The notes below the pieces were generated by a model, which was not told the DNA's origin, ran no database searches, and saw only the letters and a program-made list of their open reading frames with translations. Both the position numbers and the translations under genes were made by a program. Below are positions 39,461-52,051 of a DNA stretch of 64,000 nucleotides, piece by piece. How positions within the stretch are numbered: position 1 is the first letter of the stretch; each line of letters opens with the position of its first letter. The stretch is from assembly GCA_951406725.2 (NCBI GenBank), contig OX597814.1, positions 179,800,001-179,864,000 on the forward strand, given 5' to 3'. The DNA comes from Octopus vulgaris (Eukaryota).

Positions 39461-39625
39461 AATAAGCCGGAACAGATATTTTTCACGAGGCATATTGACG
39501 AGGTAGCAATGTTAATGCCTTTGAAAAATATCTGTTCCGGCTTGGCTATTTCTTACTGATGAATCTTACTATGGTAGATTACTTGATTTAATTTTGTTTT
39601 TTCCATTAAAATAAGAAGATGAAAC
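39370..39625. repeat. Long imperfect inverted repeat
   Basis: Perfect blocks 39464-39485/39522-39543 (22 bp) and 39442-39461/39547-39566 (20 bp); centre ~39505. Confidence 0.92.
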
Positions 39626-39775
39626 TTGCTATTCGTCTATGAATTGGCATGTTTTCAATTTTCTCCTGAATTTATGTGTGTATATATCTATCTATTTTGC
39701 TCGAAACGTAAACTTTTCCTTCCTTCCTTATTTCTAGTGGGTGAATGGCCTATTGTTGTGTTTTCATGTTTGATT

Positions 39776-39814
<39 letters not shown>

Positions 39815-39882
39815 GTTTATATTTATATTTGTTGTGCAAGATTTTTATTGGCTAAACTGGCAAAATGACCATTCCGAAATAT

Positions 39883-39943
<61 letters not shown>

Positions 39944-39971
39944 CAAAAATAAGCAACAAGAATGACTCCGG

Positions 39972-40067
39972 TAATTTGGTACAATTGTTTCGCACTACAA
40001 TATTTTATTAAAAGTTGTAATAAGTATTACAGCAGATTTAAGATGCTGAGTGCTCTTCAGCCAATTA
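39972..40067 (-). ncRNA. Type I hammerhead ribozyme fold with 52-nt helix II insert
   Basis: Minus: uaauugg CUGAAGA gcacu [52 nt] agugc GAA ACAAUUGU A ccaaauua; complete core, G-C first pair of helix II, 8-nt palindromic helix III, GUA site. Confidence 0.82.
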
Positions 40068-40185
40068 TATAGGTTTTCCAATAATATAAAAGCTTTCAAA
40101 TCAAGTAGTAACATTTTAGAGAAGGTAGATATACAGATAAAAGATGTAGATTTAACTTTTAAGAACATAAGAGGTTGTGAAGTTC

Positions 40186-40232
40186 AGTCGCTAACTGACC
40201 AAACTATGGTTGTATCTGGTCAGTTAGCGACT
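40186..40232. repeat. Perfect 16-bp hairpin
   Basis: agtcgctaactgacca (40186-40201) / tggtcagttagcgact (40217-40232), 15-nt loop. Confidence 0.95.
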
Positions 40233-40477
40233 TGCTGCTTATTTTTGATGATAATCACCACGCAAATTTTTATGGATAACACCATACAAAATTCTGGAGC
40301 ATCTAAATTAAGTACCATATTCATTTGAATCTAAATTGTTGCTATATATATATATATATATGGCCTGCTCGCTTAGCCAGCGGGGTGGCGTCATTCGAAG
40401 GCTAAAACAATGCAAACTCTTTGTGACCAGCGATGTGTAACAACATCTGATGGTCTGGTCGGTCACGTGATCAGGTG

Positions 40478-40546
<69 letters not shown>

Positions 40547-41059
40547 CATCGACAGATACTTAGATAGATGGATAGAAACAGACAGACAGACAGATAGATA
40601 GATGCTTGGATGCATGTATGTATATAATAGCAGCGAACGAATAGTAGGACTGTACTGGTTATCAGTTCCACAATACAAAACTCCATACAACTGAGGAGTG
40701 CTTGTTTGACTAGCATTGATTTTACTCGATTTCTACTCGAGTTAGTATATGATTAGTTTTATTGCATTTAAGTTTGTTTTCCCCACGAACATTAACAGAA
40801 TTATTCATAATTTGACATTATGCTGCATTTGCATAAGAAATATCTAACTGACTTCTTTATTTGTTAGTCATAAACTAGCTGTGGATGGATATGAGAAAAA
40901 GTGATGTAAATCGTTTATGTTTGCTGAGCAAAAGGTCTTGTAAAACATGGAGCCATTTTCGCTGAGTTTCTCTTTTTGTTTTTGTTAGTTTTATTTTTAG
41001 AACATTACATATTCGGAATTTTATAAGACTTGCATTTAGTCACATCAAGTTGAAATACA

Positions 41060-41342
41060 TATTTCTTAACTACCCACAAGAGGCTGAGAGAACAAACAAG
41101 AACAGACAAACGGATTAAGTCGATTATATCGACCCCAGTGCGTAACTGGTACTTATTTAATCGACCCCGAAAGGATGAAAGGCAAAGGTATCGACCCCAG
41201 TGCGCAACTGGTACTTATTTAATCGACCCCGAACGGATGAAAGGCAAAGTCGACCTCGGCGGAATTTGAACTCAGAACGTAGCGGCAGACGAAATACCGC
41301 TAAGCATTTCGCCCAGCGTGCTAACAACTCTGCCAGCTCGCC
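41060..41342 (-). mobile_element. SINE family A with internal ~62-bp tandem duplication
   Basis: 16-bp TSD atcaagttgaaataca (41044-41059, 41346-41361); core duplicated at 41127-41188 and 41189-41249. Confidence 0.93.
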
Positions 41343-41466
41343 TGTATCAAGTTGAAATACAATATTGGAAGTGTACCACTGATTTATACAGTCAGAAACA
41401 ATATTATAACTATATTAAATCGCTCGGCGAGATGTAAACAGTAGCAATACGGAATCGAAACATATG

Positions 41467-41579
41467 ATTGCCAACCAAGTGTGACGTCCTATACGGGACA
41501 GTGCTGGAAGAGATGTCTTCCTGAGGCTATAAACGTCAGTAGCTCTGTTTCATATACGACGCCACACTTGGTTGGTAAT
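41467..41579. other. Long imperfect hairpin, 113 nt
   Basis: attgccaaccaagtgtgacgtc pairs with gacgccacacttggttggtaat (20 of 22 Watson-Crick); pairing continues inward with G-U pairs. Confidence 0.85.
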
Positions 41580-41599
41580 TGCATGTTACGAATATTATA

Positions 41600-42250
41600 A
41601 CTGTCTGTATTTTAACTGAGCCTTACTGAGAGATAACATGGTGCTGGTCATAATTTGCTCTTTTGTAATACGTGGATTCATCTGTTTTTGCAGGAATGTG
41701 TACTGCCATTTGTGTATTATTCTTACGGTAATGAATAAAACTGCAACTCCTAAACTTCCTATATGTTCAACAAACGCTATCAATGTTCGCATAATTTTTT
41801 TGTTGTAAAATATATCGCTGGATAAGGGCCTTTCCTCTCTATTTTCATTCTGCTCGTATATGCAACCATTAGCAATATTTCGGCCACTTTATAACAATTA
41901 CATAAATCCTTATTGTGGACCTTGCAAGGAAAATGCACTTACAGTTTCAATTCCTTTTAGAACTGCAGGTAATGAAATTCTGTTTACCTTTATAAATATT
42001 GTCTTTACTCTGGTTTAGGTTCCTCGCCAGAGTTGTTGAAACTGTGACCAGCCATGTTGTTTGTATTGATTCTGTACAACATGAATTCAACATTGAGACA
42101 AATATTACTACGGCTTCATACAACATTTTGCTAATGATTGTGATTAGAAGAAAAAGCAGCCATTGAACAAGACTGAATAGCAGTAGCATTATATTTATTG
42201 TAAATCAACTGAATAGACTTTCATGCTAACCATACCTCCATATGCGCTGC
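41600..42250 (+). mobile_element. Probable decayed piggyBac-type transposase remnant
   Basis: Plus translations YVDSSVFAGMC, YNNYINP..LTVSIPFR..NEI, TLV*VPRQ, HVVCIDSVQH..ITTASYN follow piggyBac motif order; heavily disrupted. Confidence 0.35.
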
Positions 42251-42332
42251 AACACGTTATATGTATTATCTATCGATCCAACTAGGTATTTAACTATATA
42301 TGTGTGTGTATGTATATATATATATATATATA

Positions 42333-42541
42333 GTTAATCCAAACATGAAAACACAAAGAGAAAACATAACAACGCGAGGACGTGGAACAACTATAGTGTT
42401 ATTGGACGCTCAGGAAAGGAAAGAAAGAAGGAGGATTTAACGTTTCACGCGGAGCTCTTCGTCAGAAACACAGAAAAAGGAAAGAGCCAAGGAAGGGAAG
42501 ACGGAGAAAGAAAATCGCCAACGATACACACGCGGTTACGT

Positions 42542-42545
<4 letters not shown>
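42333..42545 (-). mobile_element. Penelope-like 3' tip between (TA)n tracts with hammerhead-like motif
   Basis: Homologous to 18843-19020; minus guuu CUGACGA a gagc ucc gcgu GAAACGUU aaau at 42435-42469. Confidence 0.7.
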
Positions 42546-42634
<89 letters not shown>

Positions 42635-44729
42635 AAGAATGTCACTGCACATGTCCGTGCGCGCAAATGTATTTATATATTTACATGTTCAGGTATATAG
42701 TTGTAGTGGCAGAGACAGATCTATATAATAATTGCAAAGTGCAGAACACTGAATACTAATATGATAAATTGACTACAGATTTCAAAGTAAACGCGCCGGT
42801 TTTTCATTTGGGGAATATTAATCCCGATAGGAAACAGTATTAAAATGCGCAGATTGAAATCTGAATCAAGAAATAGAGCCAGTTCTTTTGTGACTGATGT
42901 GGCTGATATTAAACTTCAACAACTGGAGATCGATGAGCGAAGAACAAATTTGTATGAGGTTGGAATGCCTAGCTCAGAGGAGAGCATATGCAACTAGGTA
43001 TATCAGGGGATCAGAAGATGCTGGAATATATGAGTATGTTTGAGTCATTATCATGAGTGAATTATTGTTAATGAATTGTATAACCTTCCTCTGATTTATA
43101 GGATATTTGAAGGAGAAATAAGAAGAATATTCCCTGCATTTTGTCATATGCTATTCAGTGGTGGCGAAGTAGCTCCGACAACTTTAACTGTTGGACTTTC
43201 TAGTTGGAGGGAATTGAAAGAGAAAACCTTACTTGTTAGTAGTTGTTGTAGGATGCAGAGCATCATGATGTTGAGTGTCCTCGGACATGAGAGATATTAT
43301 TTCAAACAAAGGTCATAAAATAAATTCCACTAAATGCCAGATTGCGCAGCGGGAACGAGACCACAGAGACAGAGACAGAGAGGGTGCAAAGGAAATGAAC
43401 TGCGAAAATAGTGATTCGAAGTGGGTGAGTGGACGGTGTGGTGTCTATTAGAAACAGCTCGGAGAACGACATTTAAAAATGATAAATAGGAGTGCAGCAT
43501 GTAAAAGAGCCTTTGCAGTGGAGAAAGGAGAGAAACGGCATTGAATAATTGTTTGACAACGAAAGAATGAATCGAAGATGAGAAATAGAGAAGTGGGGTA
43601 GGAAATAGAAAAGAGCCTATTGTCTGAAGTGGAGCGGCAACAGTTAGGGTAAAATTAATAACCGCATTCCTCGCGCTCGCTTGAGAAGAATGAACATTAT
43701 AGTGTTTGCTGTGGATACATATTCTTGTACATATATATATGCACGCTCACATAAATACTCGCATCTCTACACGCATTCCTTGGCATCACGTTTGAATAAT
43801 GTGTTCCATACTCAAATATACCTGATTATGTCTTTATAGTTATTGTATTAGTTAGTAAATATACATAGCCTGGCACTTCTGTATTAAACAGATAATGTGT
43901 TCACTTCTGAACTAGCAAGTTGCATAAAACTTCCAATTTCGACCACATGAAACATTCTTACCGTTTTCTCCACAGCTGAGTTTATCGCACCATCCATTCC
44001 TGTTCAACTTTGTTTTCCCTTCAGAAATCATATTTCATTTGTTCAAACTGAATATCCACATTAGCTATCTCAACACTCTTCAAGTTTCTACGAAGCAATT
44101 ATTTAATGATTTGTTTTTCTGCTTTAAGGCTTATCCTCTTTGCGTATGTGTCGCTGTTTTTGTAGATACGAATTAATGGTCGTTACACTCTCTGTAATAA
44201 CAGTATATTAGCGCAAGCTAAATCATACATATATCCTGCTTTCTAGCTAACCTTCACAACAGGACACAATAAGCTGAAACTTATACTTGAAGGCAGTTCA
44301 TTTGATGTTCACACAATTCAACCAGTTCGGCGCCCTACTTGATTTATAGTTAGTCCTGCAAAGAAAACTGAATTGCATATATGGCCTCCGCAAGATGTGA
44401 TCACACAGCACAGAAAACTGGAATACAGAACGCAAGGCATTCTTTCCCATGTTCAAACTCGCCTGCAAATTCGCTGCGCTCTCTTTCAGCTAATAATAAA
44501 CAGATAATAGGCACTAAGAAATAAATGTGTACAGGAATAGCAGAACAAAATCTCACACAGAAACACCATATTTGTATTCTACAAATACTTACTTAGAAGC
44601 ACAACCCACACAGCCATATATGTATGTATGATTGTACGAATGTATGTATGTATGTATGTATGTATGTATGTATGTATGTATTATGCATGTGTATATGTAT
44701 ATATACACATACATGTGTATATAGCTCGC

Positions 44730-44902
44730 TAGCCACTACACATTCTTTATTTTCTCTCTTTATTTTCTCTCTTTGTTTCTTTCTGTGTTCCTTTCTGTGG
44801 AAGAACGTAGGCTCGAAACGTTTTCACTTCCCGAGCATTATACTAATACATCTGTCTGTTGTCTACACTACCAGTCTTCGTCTTTTGTTGTTTTTTTGTG
44901 TG
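44730..44902 (+). mobile_element. Penelope-like 3' tip, inverted relative to the adjacent PLE
   Basis: Homologous to the reverse complement of 44918-45090; the two are separated by (TA)n. Confidence 0.65.
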
Positions 44903-44917
44903 ATATATATATATATA

Positions 44918-46620
44918 GTTGAAATTTACAGAAAAACAGATGAAAACAGGTGTATAAACAATAAGCAGGTTATTGGTTTTATGCTCGGCAAGGTGAGAAA
45001 GACTTTCACGTTTCGAGCCTAGGCCACTCTTTAAAGGAAAGGACCACGAGTAAATAAACAGAGAGAGGATAAAAAAAAATTGGGAGTTAGTAGTCAATCA
45101 TGGTGACTGGCTGGACAAAGGTAGACAGAAGAGCTAGGAAAAAAGGGAGACAATAAAGTATAGGTGATCCCGAAATGAAGGTGTACGTGCGTGTGTATGT
45201 GAGAGGGTGTAAGTGGATAGGAGTGTGTGCGTGTGGATAGGGGTTGGTGACTTTGACGTGCGAATGTGTGCGTGTGTATGTGTGTGCGTCTGTAATGTGT
45301 GAGTTTGTGGATGATGGGAGGTGGTCAGAGCTAGTGTGCGCGGGGTGGTGTGATGTGAGAGCTAGTGAGAGCGGAGTTGTGTATGTTGTCCGAAATGTTG
45401 AGAAAGGCGGCGGAAGTGATGGAAATGGTGCAGGAGAATTCGAGGGCAGGATTGAAGGATTGGACAAATGAGAGGAAGAAGTCTAGTTGTTCGCGGGAGA
45501 GCGAGGTCACACGGATACAGTCATCTATATAACTAACGTATATTTCGGGGGTGGGACCAGTGAATCTTGAAAATATTTGGGCCTCATCGTAGCCAACGAA
45601 CAGGTTCGCATGGTTTAGGCCCATTGACGTTCCCATGGCCACTCCCGAGTAATGTTAGTAAAACTCCCTCGCGAACGAGAAGTTGAGAGAGGGAACAAGT
45701 TCAGCCACAGGAAAAAGTGTGGTCGTGTCAGGTTCGGGGCTGGGTCGACGGTCTAGGAAGTGTTTCATGGCAATAACTCCTTCGTGGTGTGGGTCCACCG
45801 AATATATACACTTGATATCAAGAGTGAAGAGAAGTTTATAGGGGCCAGGAGGGAAGGAGAAACAGTTGAAAAGACGGAGAACATGGTTAATGTGAGAAAT
45901 AGTGCGAGCGAGAAATTAAAGGAAGGAGGGATTTAAATGGTGTATGTAGCGCAGAGTCGAGTGTGCATAGGAAGGTGAAAGAGAGGAGAAAAAAATGGAA
46001 TAAGCGAGAGGGAGAAGGCGGTCGATGGTGTGTATTTTGGAGAGATTGGAACGAATAGTGGCACACATAAGGTGGTAGGAAGTAGTATGTGCTATGGGTA
46101 GGATGACTGAAGCAGAGTGGAAAGTGGGGTGGAAATGGGGGTGAAAACCTTTGGGGATGAGGCGGTGATGAAATGAAACGTGGCTAAGGAAACGCGTCTT
46201 TTTTAAATTAGCAGAGAAAGATTAATAGAAGGTTGAAAGCAGCGGAAATGAAATGTGGAAAGGTGTTTCTTTAGATGGTAGTGGAGGTGGAAGAGGAAGG
46301 ATTTCTAATCGGGCATGATTGAAAAAGGAGAAAATAAAGGGGAGAGAGAAAGGTAAAGTAATGACGTACGGAGTATAAAAGTTCGAAAATTCAAAAGGCG
46401 TAAGGAGGAAAAAATTCAAAAGGCAGGAGGAGAAGAAAAATAAAAAAAAGAAGAAAAAGAAGAAGAAAAAACGGGGAGAAAAAGAGACGAAAAGAAGAAG
46501 AGAAGACGAAAAGGACAAGAAAGGGGAGAGAGAGAGAGAGAGAGAGAGAGGCAAAGTAACAACGTACGGATTAAGAGGAACTGAGTAAGAAAAAAACGGA
46601 ATAAGAAAATGGTTCATAAA
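44918..46620 (-). mobile_element. Decayed Penelope-like element (RT remnant plus 3' end)
   Basis: Minus: LFTLDIKCIYS, SGVAMGTSMGLNHANLFVG, YVSYIDDCI, AAFLNIS; same family as 29097-29595; far boundary approximate. Confidence 0.85.
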
Positions 46621-46874
46621 AGTTCAAAAAGGTTCATATATATATGAGATCGATCAACTGCCATAACAAGCCTTCCAAGAGCATTGCCGGCATAATGTTG
46701 GCATCATTAGCACGATTACGTAGCTAAGAAAATGTAGCTCCCGTATATATATATGCGTGTTAAGAGTGTGTGTGTTTGTATGTGTGTGTGTGTGTGTACA
46801 TGCTAACGTATACAAACACATACACACACATACACACACATACATAATAAATCATAATATAATATTTATTATTA

Positions 46875-47140
46875 ATTAAATAAATAAAATAAATGCGCCC
46901 TTTTTAAAGCCTAGGTAGGCTCATGGGCCCGGTTTCCCGGTTTCAATGACGTATGTATTCCCCAGCTGGATGGGACACCAGTCCATCGCAGCGTTACTCA
47001 TTTTTGCCAGCTGAGTGGACTGGAGCAACGTGAAATAAAGTGCTTTGCTCAAGAACACAACGCGTCGCCCGGTCCAGGAATCGAAACCACAATCTTGCGA
47101 TCATGATGCTGACACCCTAACTACTAAGCCACGTGTCTCT
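46875..47140 (-). mobile_element. SINE family B copy
   Basis: Close match to 30892-31153. Confidence 0.9.
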
Positions 47141-47156
47141 ACGTACACACACACAT

Positions 47157-47191
<35 letters not shown>

Positions 47192-48188
47192 ATGGCGGTG
47201 CCCCAGCATGGCCACAGCTCATTAGCTGAAAACAAATCAAATATACACGTCTGAATGTGCACACTTGCGCCTCTCTACTTGTATACTTATAACAGTTTCG
47301 GAATTGTACAGAGTATAATAAATCAATAATCCTTCCTTAATAAATCGATTTCATACGTACAGAGTGATTTTTTTCTTATTATCATTGTACCTTTATACAC
47401 TATATATCAATAATTATTTATTTTACGTCTCAATCTAGTCACTATGTAAATACATTTATCATTATTATTGATGAAATTATGTTCCTATTAATATATCTAA
47501 TATATCTAACATGTTAATTAGCCCAACGTACCTGATTTACAGGCATCGTGATTTTGCAAATAATCTCGAATGATCTCGTATCTTTAATGATTGCATTGTT
47601 TAATATCTTTACACACACACAAGCACAGGTGCACACGTGCACATACGCACACATGTATAAATGTACATATAAATATATATATATATATACACTCATGCAC
47701 ACACATAAATATATATATATATATACACACATACATATATCTTAGTTTATTAACTTACGTAAATGACATAAACGATAGCTACAATTCAATCTAATGTTTA
47801 TTGGTTCAGTATTAGCATTATTGCTGTAATATTCAATCAGATCTGCTACGTTGCGTGATCATAAACGATGCGGTTTAATTGATTTGATCCTGTCTCAGTA
47901 GCTTAAGCTCCCTCAGTATAGGAAGTGACCGTATTATTTACGATAATAAATGTGATTTCTAACACACGCAAGAGATCTTGAAAGTAAGGGAATAAATGCA
48001 TTATGTCGATTATGGCTACAGCAACACTTTATGATACTGGCGTCACTTTATATTATAGTCCCCTGGAGAATGACTGGTAATATTGTCCTCAGGTCGTACT
48101 ACAGGAATTGAACCGTGTTTCTGTTGTTTGTCGGCGGGTGACTTTGCGTTCCATGACGCCAATTAGGTTCTACCAGAAAACCCAAATG

Positions 48189-48390
<202 letters not shown>

Positions 48391-48411
48391 TAGCGTGAAG
48401 GAGGCTGATGA

Positions 48412-48762
48412 TTCAATGGCACTCATTGGCTCTCGTGAATTTTGATCTTAACTGATTGGAAGTGTTAACATGTACACCTCTTGTCTTGTCTTAGTACAAA
48501 AGATGGGATACAGCAAATGTTCTGCTTCATATCACAGATTTGTTTGTCAATTGCTTGACTTAAATCAGTTGAGTATGTTCCTTAGTGGATAATGATCTAT
48601 GAATCTCTGATCACGAGTAAGAGTAATGGAGGAGCATCATAGCCACATACTGAGAGGGATTCTTTAGGACTAGAATTATTCATACCTGGAAACATAGATG
48701 TTTCATTAACTATCCTTAAACAACCATTATTCAGGGACCTTTTGAGCAGGCTGGGCTACTTG
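48412..48762. mobile_element. Second, more diverged partial copy of the 22108-22669 repeat
   Basis: Shared blocks gattggaagtgtt, ctctgatcacga, cctggaaacat, tattcagggaccttttga. Confidence 0.8.
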
Positions 48763-49025
48763 AAGAAATTGCTCAAGGAACATTACACAACAAAACAGAA
48801 AGCAAAAAAAAATCTGCATTGATTACGAGTAGATACAAGGAATCCCACAGAACCTGAATTATCCGGGCCGTCACAGTGGACGCCTTTCTCCCATCCGTTA
48901 TCTATAACCTACAGGGGCAAGCACAGAGCGGGAAAACCTTGTCACATTCACAGACATTTTAACAAATGTTCTAAGGAGCAGCACCTCTCTCACTCGTTTT
49001 CTCTCTTTCTTTCTCTCTCTCTCTT

Positions 49026-49067
<42 letters not shown>

Positions 49068-51594
49068 ACTCACTCTATCTATCTTCACCTTCATTTCCAA
49101 ATAGAACTTTAAAAAGTCCCTGAAAGTGTGATCGAAGAAGTTTTCCAGCTTCAGTCCTTCCACTCTCGTTCCCCTCACGAACTCTTTCGCCATCAATCAC
49201 CAGGGAAAGAAAAAAAACCGTCTTTTCCACCAGATGAAGGTGTTGGAGTGATCTTTATGATGAAGTCAATTATAGCAGCTGTTGCGTTGTGTGCATCTCA
49301 GGCAGGTCTGAGTACAGCAGTTGAGATTCTCCAACTTCCCGCGCAACTTTAAGATGCTTTGTCATCAAATAAGCTCTGTTCAAAGCAGATGATCACCATG
49401 TGCAATTCGTCGGATAACTATAAGCAAGCAATCATGCAGATGATATTTTTTGTGCAATAATTGAAATGACCAACGATAGTGACTTCAAGAACATAAAGAA
49501 AAGAAAATGCGAGAAATCACTGAAAATTCATAATTTAAAAGATGAGCAAAAGAGTTCCACACATTACCTACAATTTGACAAAACTAACCAATTTATACAA
49601 AGGTTATAGACTCCCAAATATTGAGGAGAAATGAAAAGCTCAATGCATGAATACAAACACTGAGAATGAATCTTGTATGGCAAACCGTCGTTAATCATGC
49701 TTTTACTTCAAAACTGTAAGATGCATAACGAATGATGAAATAAATATATTTGGTAAACTGGGTCTCTTTTCAGAAACGTCTTAAATATATATTTTTTTTT
49801 TATTGGAGATACAAAACACAGAATTTTAGCCATAGTGCATCACGGCTGAATAAAATTAGAACAGAAAATAATGCATATACTCGTCACTCCGAAACACGTA
49901 CTAGAGTTTTAGGAACACTGTATAGTAAGAAGGCACAAAAAAATTGTCATCCTAGTTGATCGCAAGCAAAGATGCTGACCTTATAGAGGAGACGAGTGAC
50001 TTGAACATTTAAAAATAATTTGAAATATTAAACTGACGTGCCAAGCAAACTAACTATAGGACTGACAAATTTTAGGTTTAGAACAAAAACTGTCAGCAGA
50101 AATCTATACATCTATCACTTTGCATAGGTTCTTTCTTCACCAATCGATCAGGTAAAAAAAGAAGTCTGCAGGGTACATCGGGAAACTTCTAATTAATAAA
50201 TTATGTTGTCTGAAGCTTTGTGAAAATAAGACTTATTTTCAGCAATGTGTCTTTCAACTACTGGAGTTATTGCATTTAGCAATTATATTCCCAGTTAGCA
50301 AATATATAGCTCATATTTTCTAGCTGAGTATTCTCCAGATAAGTGGGTGCAAACCAAACTGCGTTATTGTTGAAATACTATTTCAAACATAACGCACCTG
50401 ATATTCCATATATTTCAAGCAAAATCACAGTAGATGTTCTAACAAATGACTGCTTCCACAAAAGACTCCTTGCATCAGTTAGTATACAGCATGTGGTAAG
50501 CATGACAGTTTGTTATGCTGTAAATGTCTTAAAAGGAGATTCGTATCAAATGTTTTGAGATGATTGTTTGAAGTTATTCTTCAAGAATTTGGAGTCTTTA
50601 ATCCTTAAGCATTAATATAGTTAGCTAAAATAGGTTTGATTATATATGCGGCAACAAAATATAACATTGATTACTTACAATAGTCTGCTTGCATTGGTGC
50701 AGTTCAGATAATATACAAGTAAATAGATCTTTCATCTCCTTCATGCTTCCAGATTGTGCTAAGTGTCTCACTAGACATAACCGTCTCTGCAGCCTGTTAT
50801 TGCTGTGTTTGTTTTTTTCCTTTTGTCTTTTGCATATCTTCTGAGCAGGAAAGACTTTAATGACCTTTACACTTATATATGAAGCAGCTAGACTTTTATA
50901 GCCCATGCAATTAATCGTGAAACTTAAACTTATATTTCTTCACCTGCTAAAAAGGTTAACACTTGTATCATTAGGCCATAGAAATACCGCTCGATCTTAT
51001 ACCAGCATTAACTATCAGATCATTGTGCTTCGAAGGTGGCAATCATTTAGAGGAAAATTTTTTTACCGTGATTCTTATAATCCAGATATCGTCCATGACG
51101 GCCTCCTGGTGCTCTTTCGGAGTCATGAAAAAGCGCTTCTATTTCTTTCGAACTGCAGAGATGAGTTTTTCTTCTTCTCCTTCCGCTGTTCGATGAAGTA
51201 CAAGGATACTGATATAATTGTCCTTTGTTTCACTCATTTAGCAATTGTGTTTTTAAACTCCTTCACAAAGCTCTTCTGTGTCTCTTCTGTATGCAGTTAT
51301 TTATTGATTTTCCAATATGTATTACCACATTTTTATATCATAGTATCTTACGGCATGGTCAGTATTTTTAACTTGGGAATGAGCTGCATAGCTTCTGCCG
51401 TATTGGCTCATACTTGTCCATGAATATCATCAATAATTTTTAACATGAATCAATCCAGTTGAACTTTTATCAGCAGATAACTGACTACCAAGAAACATTC
51501 TTTGTCTGATAGTAAAAGTTATGAATTGTAAGCATAAATATATTCTCAGAATGTGTTTTATATTTTGTTAAAGCTCAAAACTTTTTACACTGTA

Positions 51595-52051
51595 GGCGCA
51601 GGAGTGGCTGTGTAGTAAGTAGCTTGCTTACCAACCACATCGTTCTGGGTTCATTTCCACTGCATGGCACCTTGGGAAAGTGTGTTCTACTATAGCCTCG
51701 GGCCAACCAAAGCCTTGTGAATGGATTTGGTAGACGGAAACCGAAAGAAGCCCGTCGTATATATGTATATATAAATATATATATATGTGTGTGTGTGTAC
51801 GTGTGTGTGTGTACGTGTGTGTGTGTGTGTGTGTGTATGTTTGTGTGACTGTGTTTGTTCCCCCAACACCGCTTGACAACCGATGGTGGTGTGTTTATGT
51901 CCCTGTAACTTAGCGGTTCGGTAATAGAGACCAAGAGAATAAGTACTAGGCTTCCAAAGAATAAGTCCTGGGGTCGATTTGCTCGACTAAAGCTGCTGCT
52001 CCAGCATGGCCGTAGTCAAATGACTGAAACAATGAAAAGAGTAAAAGAGTA
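51595..52051 (+). mobile_element. tRNA-derived SINE family D
   Basis: Head ggcgcaggagtggctgtgtagtaag...gggttcatttcc, internal TA/TG tract, gaaaagagt tail; homologous to 36736-37151. Confidence 0.9.
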
